Below are positions 53,190 through 64,000 of a DNA stretch of 64,000 nt, piece by piece. The DNA is from Carcharhinus longimanus (taxonomy: Eukaryota), in contig JASCQW010000119.1 in the NCBI GenBank assembly GCA_030264375.1, positions 7,543,711-7,607,710 on the forward strand, in the 5' to 3' direction. The first letter of the stretch is position 1; every line of letters begins with the position of its first letter. Made by a program: the position numbers and the translations under genes. The notes beneath the pieces were generated by a model. The model saw only the letters and a program-made list of their open reading frames with translations, had not been told where the DNA came from and searched no databases.

Positions 53190-53921
53190 TGTGTAATACT
53201 TAGGATACCTACTGCTTTTCAGAGTAGTATTGAATTATGGTGAGGTTCATGTGAACATCTGGATTTATGCTAATTGCCAGAGAAGAAAATAAAACAAGAG
53301 GCTGTTACAGTTTCCAACTCGGACAGAACAATAACAATTTCTATGTCGTTGTTCCTCTATGTATTTCTGGAAGTTGAAGTCTAGGACCAGCTAGCAAAAT
53401 TGAATCTCTCTGCCGAAGAGTGAAAAGTTCAAAAGTGATTGCACCTTATCCCCACCCCTCTCCTTCTGTCGTGAGTCATGCGTTGTGAGGACAGCTTAAT
53501 CTTTATCTCTGGAGTTCCTCTCTTTGTGACGACAGCTCGTTCTCTGAAGAAGACTATGTGAGAATCAGAAGGCAGATGTCCAGTTATACTTCTGCCTAGG
53601 TGCGTTAAGAGACTGGGGTAGAGGCTAATGGCATAAGTCTGTGTGTTGTCCGAATCGATTGCGTAGAAGTTTATGTCTGTAGAATATTACTTACCATATC
53701 ATATTTAAATAATTCATTTCGTTAAAAAATGTACATCTTTCTGTTCTGTTTCAATTGTGTTGTGAAATAACGATTGTTTCAACAATAACTTCCGAAATTG
53801 ACTGTTGAATTACACGTGGAAAGTAACCCGTTATGTTCTTACTAATGTCTAATTCAAGTAAATGTTTGGCATTAGTTTAACATAATTAAACATCTTAGGA
53901 CTTCTGATCCGGCGGCAAACA
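53190..53921 (+). mobile_element. Possible eroded solo LTR
   Basis: Starts tgtaatac, ends ..ggcaaaca, LTR-like composition; no TSD found. Confidence 0.3.
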
Positions 53922-55259
53922 TATTGATACACACATAATAGTGACGCGAAAATATGGGGAAATACTTAATGTTCATAACTCAACAGAGAAAGATGGAGTT
54001 AACAAGGCGGATTGCCCTTTACGCAGAGAAAAGTTTCGTTTTTTTTTTAATTTAATTTCGCTAATATGCTATCTTTTCGAATTTTTGAAAAAAAAAACAA
54101 ACCCAACGCATACATTTTACTGATTGTACGCAATTGAAGAAGGTTCCTGGGCACATATTTTTTACTGTCCATCTTTTTTTTCAGAGTTAGCATTTAAGCC
54201 TCAACATTTAATCGAAACGACTTCCGTTATGTTTCTGCAGTTTAAAGCTATTTAGAAAGCTTTCCTTGCTGCAGTTACGATCATTGCGAAATTGTATCAT
54301 ATGGGAGATATCGCAGCTATGAAAAACTGTTCTGCTACGCTGTGAAATGAAACGAACATCTGAAGTCAGGCATTAATGTTTAATGTATTTAATATTTACA
54401 CTGTTTAAATGGTGCCGGTAAGAAAAGCCCAACACAGAACATATATATATATATATATATATATATGTACCTCTGCGTCGTTCAGTGAGAAGCTGGCAAG
54501 CTGTGCCTCCATTTGACTTGAATCAACCTAACGACTCAAATCAGAAGGTCGCTGCTTGTTTCGGCATGGAGCTATCTAATTTGTTAAAAAGTAAACTATT
54601 TTTAGGAACACTAACTGAACTGGTTATACAGACATCATTATTGCTAACACGTTCCAAGAAAAAAAACATAGTATTTACCTGATGGTGATTCTGTGAAATG
54701 GTATATCTCCGGCAACAAGTTTTTTGTCAAGCATTGCCAGCAGATTTCCAATCACAGCTATCTCTACAGGGCCAAGGGCGCAATGAGTCCGAAAAAAAAA
54801 GTAAAAGCTTAATTTGCATTTTAGACTTTCAACGAGACAGGTAGTTCAAAGCAAATATGTAATTCCAGATTTGTGTTCTAGAAACAAACTTATTTGGTGT
54901 CAGTGCAGGTTTTTTTTTCTAAATAGGAGCAGAAGTCAGATTGTTCCGTTTAAATAGTCGCAGAAGTTGTGTGTCCCAAAATTGATTCGGGACATTTAAT
55001 GGATAATAAGCAGTTGAAGGATCAAACTGTACTAACTAATGGGAAGTGCTATCAGCATGAGTCTCTGCACCACATCCGAATAATGACCAGTTAAAAAGTT
55101 GCACTTTTCAACATGTGTTGAAATATACAATGTTTACAGCAAATTCGCGCCCAGAAATACATATTATAAATGCGTATCAAGCCCACGGGCTAACGTGAAC
55201 GAGCACAATTGTTGTTGGATAGAAAGGCACAATAATGAACATTGGGTTTTGAGAATGAA

Positions 55260-55990
55260 AAACTGGAAGCAGGAGGAGAATATTGGACCCTTCGCTCTGC
55301 TCTGTCATTCGTTTTGATTATTTGAAAACACGAGGTTTGGGGATGTTGCTCCTCGCTCAGTTGAGGGACTCACCTGAGGAAGTCGCAGCAACCTGAAAGC
55401 ACTTGAGTCTATATAAATCTGCTGGGCTCTAGTCTGGACCAATGAGATTCTTACTATTTCCATTTTGATCAAGGGTGATCATCGAATCCAACATCCTGAC
55501 ACTCGCATTCACTCATGACCCTTGATCACTTCAGACCGAACAGCAAATTATGTTGTTTCTTCTGAAATCAGGCAAGATTGAGGCCTCAACCTCCTTCGGT
55601 AGCAGTCAATTCCAAAAGATTTGCCACCGTCTGGATGAAGAAATGTATCATCACCTCACTTCAAATTAGGATATCCCTTATCCTCATCTATGGCCCCTAC
55701 TTCTGGACACCCCCACAATTGGCAACATTCTTTCTGAACTTAACCCGCACAACACTGTTAGATTTGTATATGTTTCGATGAGATCCGCTCTCACTATTCT
55801 AAACTCCATTGAATATAATCTTAACTGATTAAGGTTCTCCTCATGTGACAGGCCTACCATCCCAGGAATCAGCCTGGTAAAACCTTCCTTGTACGCCCTC
55901 TGGAGTCAGGACATCCTCCCTCAGATTAGGACACCAAAACTGCACAATGAATGGCCTCTAGCGGCCCTAGTTTAAAGCTAAAAATCCCTA
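55260..55990 (-). mobile_element. CR1 3' fragment containing an inverted pair of Penelope pseudo-LTR pieces (55320-55455)
   Basis: Antisense CR1 3' text; cacctgagga..gaaagc preceded by its diverged reverse complement. Confidence 0.65.
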
Positions 55991-56645
55991 TTGTCAACGG
56001 CTATCACACAGCCTAAAAAACGACATCTGAAAGATATCACTGTGTCTTCAAGCTGATGTACAAAATTGCATTTTAACGTTGTTGCGGAATGTATATGATT
56101 TCAAAAAAAAAAATGAAATGGTCTCTCTTCACAGATACTGACAGGACTGATGGATTTATCCCATATTTTCGATCGTCTTTAAAAAAAAAATCAATTCTCA
56201 GTCTTCCAGTTGCTGAGACACAGAACAACTGATTACCCCGCAAAACAATCTAATTTCCATTTTCAATTCTTCGTAGTGGAGGATTTTTTTTTTTTTGAAA
56301 CTTTTGGGGATATCTCATTTCCATCACTTCGTGGATGGATTTTCAGATGATTGCACAAATCATTGTGGATATTTACTTTTCTTCGTGATAGTTTTAAAGA
56401 CATTAAATTTATACTTTGGATTTTATTGTACGCACCCTCAATGGCGTTATGTCCACCAAAGTCGTATGTTACTGTACTTTCTCGGAAGTCGAAAAACAAA
56501 GAGATAATGAAAACATCTTAACCTCACAAAATATTCTGATGAAAAATGCAATGCATTCTCAGCAACATTTCAATCAATCGACAAAATTGAATTTTCTAAT
56601 TTGCTTTTCTATCGTTTGTTTGTTTGTGATGTTTCCACCACCTAG

Positions 56646-56666
56646 ACCTGAAGAAGCGCACCGATG
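56646..56666 (+). CDS. 21-nt heptad micro-exon C1, (D)LKKRTD
   Basis: tttccaccacctAG|ACCTGAAGAAGCGCACCGATG|GTaagg. Confidence 0.75.
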
Positions 56667-56774
56667 GTAAGGCTGATTTAAACTCAACATTTATTTGCCT
56701 CAAATTAATATTGCCTTTTTATTGGCAACAAAGATTTCTGCCATGTCAATTTATATTGCTATCTACTGTGTCGT

Positions 56775-57010
56775 CTGTGGCAAGGTGGCACAGCTGGTAG
56801 AACTGCTACATCACTGCACAAGGGACACACATTCGTTTCTGACTTCGGGTGAAGGCCTGTGTGAAGTTACACACTCTTCCAGTGACCGTGTAGAATTTCT
56901 CCGGGTGCTCCGGTTTGTACTCAATGTTCCGGTGAGGTAGATTGGCAATAGTATTTTGTCCCTTAGTGTCAGAGGAATTGACATGGCAAATCCTTGGGGC
57001 TACGGTGATA
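56775..57010 (+). mobile_element. Eroded tRNA-derived SINE
   Basis: gtggcaaggtggcacagctggtagaactgct head; ttctccgggtgctccggttt core. Confidence 0.7.
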
Positions 57011-58238
57011 CCTAGATTTATCTGTGCATGGCCTTGTACTAATTCAATGATACTACATGTCATAAAGTTGGAAGTCTCTAACTATACAGCAGAATTAAAT
57101 TGTCAATCAGTTATTCCTACAGAGACCAGAGAATAAAGCCAATTAAGGCAGAGGATAAGGCTATCCGGCCCTTCCAGGCCTGCAACTACTTTGCCACCCG
57201 ACAGATCTAAAACCATTTACCCTTCCAGGAACGATGTAGCTCTATTCCCATCATATTCATTGATCTGACTGCGAATTCCAGGCACCCACTACCCGCTCTT
57301 AAAAAAAATCTCGAACTTCCAATGTTGGGGTAAAAAAAAACGCTGACAAAAATAATTACACAGAAACTGCGGCAGCTTTGTCAAACTGACCAATTCGCAA
57401 ATGCATCAACACAAAAGTTTAAAAGGTGTAAATAACAAAGAATTGTGGAACTGACGAATGGATACTAAAAAAAAACTTTCACCTCGGAGTGGATGGACTG
57501 TAATTGGAAAAAGAGTCAACATTCTTCATTAATTTTCTTCAAACACGACCTTAAATGTTCTCAGCACAGATCAATTGCAGAGGGATTAATATGCCGCAGT
57601 TTAACGAGGGGACCACGTTACACACTGAAATCACAATCTGGAAATTCTGATTGCTTGTCTTCCTTTCAGAGAGTCGACATTCTGCAGTTCCCTCGAATTA
57701 GAGTTTATCTCTGAACTGATGTTGTCACTTCTGATTATTTATAATGCACGATTAATTGTGCTGCTCTTGATTCAACACTCTCGCAAACATGGTGTTCCCG
57801 ACAGAAGTGAAAGATTACACTGCCTCTCAGATGCAACACAGCATACTTAATAAGTGATTGCAATGCAATTCACCAGGGTGATGTAAATGCCAGAAAATCT
57901 GAAATGTTATACTGACATCGGTCATATTATCCCTGTTGAAATTGTGTTGATCATATCATGATAGCACCAAGGACGCTATGACGTAAGATTGAACGGGGAA
58001 CAACACCTTGTGACGTGTTAATAAAAAATCCCTTATCAATTTGTTGCAAACGCATTGTGCTGGATAAAAAAAAAAAATACTGTTATGAACCATGCCGCTT
58101 GAGCCCTGCCATTTAGCTTTTCCTTCCTTCTTCAAAATTCAGTCGAGGACTAAGATTTTACGTCAATGGATTCAGTTTGATTCGCTTAGAAATGTAATAT
58201 CTTCAAAATGTTCTCCTTAATTCTCTTCTTCCTCACAG

Positions 58239-58259
58239 AACTGACGAAGTGCCAAAGTG
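58239..58259 (+). CDS. 21-nt heptad micro-exon C2, (E)LTKCQS
   Basis: ttctcttcttcctcacAG|AACTGACGAAGTGCCAAAGTG|GTaagg. Confidence 0.85.
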
Positions 58260-58572
58260 GTAAGGAAATTCTAAAATGTACTATTATTGTTATTATTGTT
58301 ATTATTATTATTATTGTAATATGAAATCGGGGCGACAGAACGGTGGAACGTTCTCCCATCATAAAGAATGACATGATATTTGTTCTGCACACAACTATTG
58401 ACAATGTGTTTTTTTATTGCATTAATACCAATATCGTTATGATTTTGGCAGAATATTGACTTAATACATGAGTGGAACAAAACTGAATGGAGGCCTGTAC
58501 ATAATATATTTACATCATTTGGAGAATGCAAATATATTGAATTGTATGCAGTGATCTGATTTATTATCATAG

Positions 58573-58778
58573 AGAACTACAACAGACAGCAGCAAGATTC
58601 GTATATTGACAGGCAAATTCACAAATTGTCGTGCAAACTGAAGGACATAGATGAAAAACTCATTGGGTCAGCTCAAAAGTCTGTTAAGGACAGAGCGACA
58701 GAAACATATTCATCATTGAGCAAGAGAACACAAAATGTGCTAGCACAGTTTGATAGAACGCGGGCCAGGGAGTCCTAA
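58573..58778 (+). CDS. Candidate terminal exon after the last micro-exon (68 aa, helical/charged)
   Basis: tttattatcatAG acceptor; the phase-1 frame is open to TAA: ENYNRQQQDSYIDRQIHKLSCKLKDIDEKLIGSAQKSVKDRATETYSSLSKRTQNVLAQFDRTRARES*. Confidence 0.45.
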
Positions 58779-59412
58779 GCTGCTGCAGAACAACATGTGT
58801 GGCACAGTCGAGATTCATGCGGACAGCTTCCTAAGTTGGCGAACAATTATTCTTGTCAGGGATAACACAACACGAAATTATCTAGGGTGATAATAGAAAT
58901 TAATGGGCAACATTAATACATTGAAGAAATCTGGGCAGAATATTGGCTAGAATTTTACATAAATGCTCCTCATACTGATCAAGTAAACTCATGTGTTGTC
59001 CATCATTGTGCTCAGGTAACAGAACATTTTAATTAACACATAGAACACATAATAACTTCATTGGCACTTTTAAGAAAAAGTTTGCTTTCTATGCAAATGA
59101 ATATCCATGTAATACTCGGTAAGATATTAAATAGCATCACTGATGGTTCATATATTCCAAGTTCTCAGGGTGAGCATATATTTTGTTTTTTTTTTCTGAC
59201 CAGCGTAAATCAGCCCCCTTAAAGTCATTTTCCAGCCACGTTAAAACAGAACATTCTAGGCTTAAGGCAGTTCTGACAATTTCTCGACGCAGGTTGAGGA
59301 AGTAGATCCTCACGAGTGGTGCACAGTCGTGAGCACATCTGCTGCGAAGTCTTCATGCTTCAATAGCCTGTGATTGTTTCAAACTTTTTGGCTTCAATAG
59401 GCCGTGATTGTC

Positions 59413-59548
59413 TCAAACTCCACAGTAAAAAGTCTGACAACACCAAGTTTAAGTCCAACCGATTTATTGGACTTAAACCTGGTGTTGTCAGACTTTTTGC
59501 TGTGTTTACCCCAATCCAACGCCGGCATATCCATTTCAAACTCCACAG
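59413..59548. mobile_element. Minimal palindromic Penelope-terminus insertion with 13-bp direct repeats
   Basis: 38-bp arms at 59421-59458 and 59467-59504 (2 mismatches); tcaaactccacag at 59413-59425 and 59536-59548; ccaacgccggcat motif shared with 48205-48220. Confidence 0.75.
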
Positions 59549-59649
59549 CCAGTTTACCGCTAGAAATGTCACGACATCCAAAAATCAGCGTGACATCCAT
59601 TGACTGTCATCCTTCGGATCCGCCATAAATGACATATTTTGCACTGGAC

Positions 59650-60040
59650 TTCGCTTGATTCCTTCTCTCAGACCTTAACATCTTGAGTCACAGTGGCAAA
59701 AGTTTAAGATCCCGTAAGCATCACTCTGAGGATCAACAGAACACTAGAGAGCCTCCAAAAGTCTCAGTTCTCAGTCTACGGATAGGATTAAGAAACACTG
59801 AAAAACACATTTACTTCAAACTATTAAAAGAACACACCTTATCTGGTAACAATTAAGACACTAACACCGACCACTCAGCAAAACTAACTTTCTCCTAATA
59901 CAATATGCACATGGATTGTATTACGTCCTTTTATATCTTCAACCTCTTCGGAAGTGATATTCAAAGATTCATGCAGCGTTGCCACAATCGAAAATCCATA
60001 TTTTCTGTTTCAGCTGCTTCGATTTGATTGGAAACATGCC
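59650..60040 (+). repeat. Diverged direct repeat, partner at ~63060-63470
   Basis: gatcccgta.gcatca..gatcaa.agaa, attaagaaa, acttcaaa, atattcaaagattcat and ttcagctgctt are colinear in both copies. Confidence 0.8.
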
Positions 60041-62200
60041 AGGAATGTGACTTCCGTACGCATAATATGTTTTGCGTCAAACACTATATGCACAAATCCA
60101 CATGATCATAGTTATTAAGACAATGATTGAGAAAATGATGGCAGTTTTTTTGTTGTTTACTTTGTTGCAATTTTGGAACCTCCTCTGTCCGTGATACCTG
60201 ATTTGTGTAAACATTGCAAAAGATCTTCATGGATTGGTTAGGATGCCTGCCTGTAATGAAGATTGGAAATCATTATCTGGTGACAAATTGGTTGTGTACA
60301 TTGCATTTCCAGAGATTATTCCAATAGATAACATTTTGCAACAAATCGGACTGTACAGCAATTGCGTATTTTTATTCGACGAGAGATCGACTACCGAAAG
60401 AAATACAGTTAGCTGAAGGCTCATTCATACATCGATGTTGCACAAGAAATTGTTCGAGTGCTTAGATTTGAAACGATTTAAAATAACTGCGTACCATCCA
60501 CAATTATCGAATGCGTTTGAAACGGTGGCATGCACTTTGAAATGCATGTTGAGGGCATATAGTCAAGATTATCCCCAAGCATTGCAAGGATGAATGCGCC
60601 AAATGTATCTACACATTTTTTTTTTCAGTTGAATAATTGTTTTCTCATGACGTATAAGAACTACTTAATTTGATTAAGCCGGTTTTGCTGAGTTAGCGTT
60701 CAGACACTGCATTAATGGACGAAGTGTCAAACTTTAACGGGGGAAAGCCTGGAACGGCTGTGTTGCCGAGATGGTATTTAAAAATAATGAAATAAATACG
60801 CCGACACAAATTCAGAAATTCTTAGGTTTCCTCGTGTGGAGAAATTAATAGTTTGATTAAAATTCGCCATTGAACGTTTACCAAACAAGACAATAGGTGA
60901 ACGTAGGCTTAGCTAAGTGGCCGGTTTTAGTGCCTTAATTGAGGTGCGTTATGATTATTACCTGTAGTATGGAATCAAATAAAAAAAAAGATGAGCAAGG
61001 AACATTATTTGATAATCAGCCTGTCTTCGAAGAGCACTGTTGGTTCAAGCCAAAATGATGAAACAATATTTTGACTGGGAAGGAAAGTAGAAATAACGTG
61101 ATAAGTGTTGCAATTCAGAAGTAAAAAACGACAAAAAAAGAAAATACGGAAGTTGATGCTTTTCATATTAGGTCGAATTACCAGAAAGTTATCCGAAGTA
61201 ATGCAACATTAGTGAGTTGCCATCCACAGGAAAAGACAACGTGGCCTGAATTTATTTTTCTTTTTTTTGCAATTATCTGCAGTTATATCCCAGAATTAAC
61301 TGGAAAATATGGCACATGTGGCTGATACACATTCAGACAATCCTTCAAAAATTGGACAGGCGTAATCAATTTACTTTGGCAACGGTTAAAAAGAAAGCAA
61401 CAAATAAAAGTCTGTTCCCTCTGTCTCTGGGGCCGCAGCCGAAATGTTCAATCAAACACATCCTGGCACTGGTAGATAGATTAAAAAAAACTGTGACAAT
61501 GCAGAGATGAATCGAGAAAAGTAAGTGCGATTATTGCTCGTGACGGCTGAAAAGGAGGAACGGCTTCCGTACACTGATGAAAGGAAAGAGTGGAGTTGGG
61601 GTGAAGAGGTAACTGCTACAGAACCTGTATCTGAGCAGAGCAAAGATACCGATTTGCCATCAACAACTCGTCATATTCGTGAAGAAAATATGAAGGAAAC
61701 AACAGTGCAATGTGAATAAGCGATTGACAAAGCAAGTGACGTTTACGATTCTGAAGAACACCTCACTGGCAATCAAAGCATTACTAACAATTGGGAAATA
61801 CACTTTGCCCTGTGTCATTGTATCACAGAATAATATTCAGTACATTAATCGCACGTTTCGATACGTGTTGAAATATATACTGCATAGGACAAATTTAGGG
61901 AGATAAATGCACTTCAAGCCGATTCTCGAATTTCCCAGGGCTGATATGAACAAGAACAATTTTTTGATAGAAAAAATATTTATCTCGCGCTGCGATAATT
62001 AAAATTTGATGTTCAAAATGTTGCCCTCGTCGTAACTTCGAAACATAGAAACTGGAAACATCAACTTTGTTGGGGGGTTCTTCGAGATTCTCAGGCATTC
62101 ATCTTGAATGAGTGTGATCATTAAGTCAACCATCCCGTTACGTCGTCCAGCCATAAGCCTTGATAACTTCAGCGCAAAGAGCGAAAACTGATTTCTTCTT
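60030..62200 (+). mobile_element. Heavily degraded Gypsy pol with integrase upstream of RT (Gmr1-like)
   Basis: Integrase: IFMDWLGCLPVMKIGNHYLVT, AFPEIIPIDNI, FKITAYHPQ, TLKCMLRAYSQDYP (60220-60580). RT: RRNQFTLATVKK, RKVSAII, EPVSEQSKD, KRLTKQV, KPILEFP (61350-61940). Confidence 0.7.
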
Positions 62201-63050
62201 GAAAGCAAAGTTTTGGTATCTTATACATTTTCTGGCAATGACTTGCAGAACATTCACCGTCATTTGGGTGAAGAGATTTCTCCTCACCCCACTGAGATAA
62301 AGTACACATTTTCCCTCATTTATCACCTTTATTTCTGGAGTCACCGCTATTGGCAATACCTTTGCTGAATGTACTGCGTATAACAGTGTAAGGGTGTCAT
62401 AAGTTTCGATCAAATCTTCTCTCATTCTTCTAAATTCCAACGAATTAATCCAAGCCAAATTATACTCTCCTCATATGACAGCCCTGCCATTCCAGGAATC
62501 GACGCGGTCCACCATCTAATACAAAAACATCCTCTGCAGAGAAGGACTCAAACACTGCACGTAAAATACCAAGGGTTGCCTCTAATGACCCATATTGTCC
62601 CTGAAAATCTTTGTAGTATCCAACTATCACACCATCTCAAGAATATCTAAAATATGTTACTGTGCCAACATCATTCTGTGTAGGTTTTTTGTTTTACGCT
62701 TTTCTAGAACAGATATGATGCCGACACATGAACTGTCACCCCAGATCCCTGCCGAAGAGATGTTATTTTTTATCCCACATTGCTATGTTTCCCCACACTC
62801 TTTTTTTGATTGTTTGTTTCAATTTCCAGTTTTCAATTGCTGAGACCCAAAACATTGAAGTACACCGCAAGGCATGCCGAAATCTTCGTCTCCACCTTGC
62901 CAAATTGGAGAATGGAAATTATGTTTTGATGGAACTTTTGGAGATGTTCCGTGTTGACTACGGCATTCCCGCAACTGTTGCAACCTTCATCTACCATGTC
63001 GTATGTTCAAGTCAATTGGCTAACATCCACCACATCGACCGTTAAAGCTA
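62200..63050 (-). mobile_element. Degraded CR1 3' part
   Basis: ORF 62138-62458 SLEFRRMREDLIETY..RRNLFTQMTVN. Confidence 0.8.
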
Positions 63051-63479
63051 TATTTCTTATTTGTCTGGTTCCTTATCTCCGACAATAACTTGATGGGTGA
63101 AATTGTCCGATGTTTGAGATCCCGTAGGCATCATTCGAGGGATCAATAGAAAACGAGAGAGTCTCGAAATTGCAAGGTTTAAGGTTACAGATAATATTAA
63201 GAAATATGAAAAAACAAATCACTTCAAATTAACAACAAAACATATCTTACTTAAGATACTAAAAATGACCACTTAAAACGAGACTTACGGGTGCCTATCC
63301 AATGCGCACATAGATTATATCTCATTGTTTTGTATGCCTAACCTTTCTGGGAACAATATTCAAAGATTCATTAAGCAGTGGTACCATCAGCCCTCCAATG
63401 CCTCTTTTTTCAGCTGCTTATTGCTAATTCGAAACATGCTTTGAGAGTGAGTTTTGATTTATATAATGAGGTGTACATC

Positions 63480-64000
63480 AAACACAAAATGCAGAAGTCT
63501 ACATTATTGGAGCCACGAGCTGTTTTGCTATTCGGAATGCAAGTAGTCCTGCTTCGTAGCGTCACCAGGTTGACACCTGATATTAAAATATGCCTCTTGC
63601 CGCTCCTGGCATGAAATCCTGCACTCTCCATTGAACCAGGATTGATCTGTTGGCTTGGTGCTAATGGGGATATGACGGTCCCTGAGTTGCAGATTGAGAT
63701 GAGATACAATTCTGCTGCTGTTGATGACCCACCTTGTCTCCTGAGTTCCTTGAACAATTCTAATATTGTCCCATTCGGCAACCTGATGGACGTCATTCTC
63801 AATGTGAACGCGGGACTTCGTCTCCACATGGACTGCGCTGTAATACCCTGACCGAAACTATCATGGACAGAGGCATATGCAACCTTCAAACTGGTCAGGA
63901 TGATGTTAGATATGTTATTTCATCTTGTTGGTTCCTTCACCACCCTCTGCAATCCCAGTCCAGCAGTTATGTAGTTTAGGACCCCACCAGGTCCATCAGT
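63480..64000 (-). mobile_element. CR1/L2-group ORF2 linker fragment
   Basis: ORF 63528-63827 KPTDQSWFNGECRISCQERQEAYFNIRCQPGDATKQDY. Confidence 0.8.

Noticed and set aside
60234-60416. CNEDWKSLSG resembling a C-type lectin start
   Set aside because: Region is Gypsy integrase read partly out of frame
61505-61719. Acidic ORF after an AG, with GTAAGT at 61521, as a terminal or micro-exon; apparent TAEKE similarity to 52621-52778
   Set aside because: Explained as frameshifted Gypsy RT (RKVSAII, EPVSEQSKD, KRLTKQV); the 16-nt segment breaks phase and the similarity is probably chance
168-63889. Remaining ORF-track entries as host genes
   Set aside because: They are transposon fragments, antisense shadows, microsatellite translations, gap-spanning or short chance ORFs

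Overview
Vertebrate genomic DNA, almost certainly from a cartilaginous fish (shark-type CR1 LINEs, HE1/V-SINE-like tRNA SINEs, Penelope and Gypsy relics). It is assembled as five contigs separated by four ~100-N gaps, each bordered by CR1 sequence. Most of the ORF track is transposon debris or chance ORFs. Two host-gene signals stand out. (1) An intact phase 1-1 Ig exon matching the third Ig domain of HEPACAM2 (15496-15792). (2) Invisible to the ORF track, 13 intact + strand micro-exons of exactly 21 nt (AG...GT, phase 1-1), mostly carried in tandemly duplicated 1-3 kb intron-exon units. Spliced in order they encode heptads: (A)VTKCKE-ELDSTKK-SLTNTQN-ELKKTQN and (D)LTKCQS-ELATRNS-DLSKCRN-ELTSCNK-DLAKCKS-DLAKCNS-VLAKCNN-DLKKRTD-ELTKCQS. 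This is a modular Leu/Cys coiled coil with the one-heptad-per-exon architecture of chicken BG/butyrophilin tails. Also present: a solo LTR with TSD, a template-switch-type inverted duplication, a newborn 67-bp minisatellite, Penelope hammerhead relics and signs of scaffold misjoining. All alignments were done by eye; repeat boundaries are approximate.
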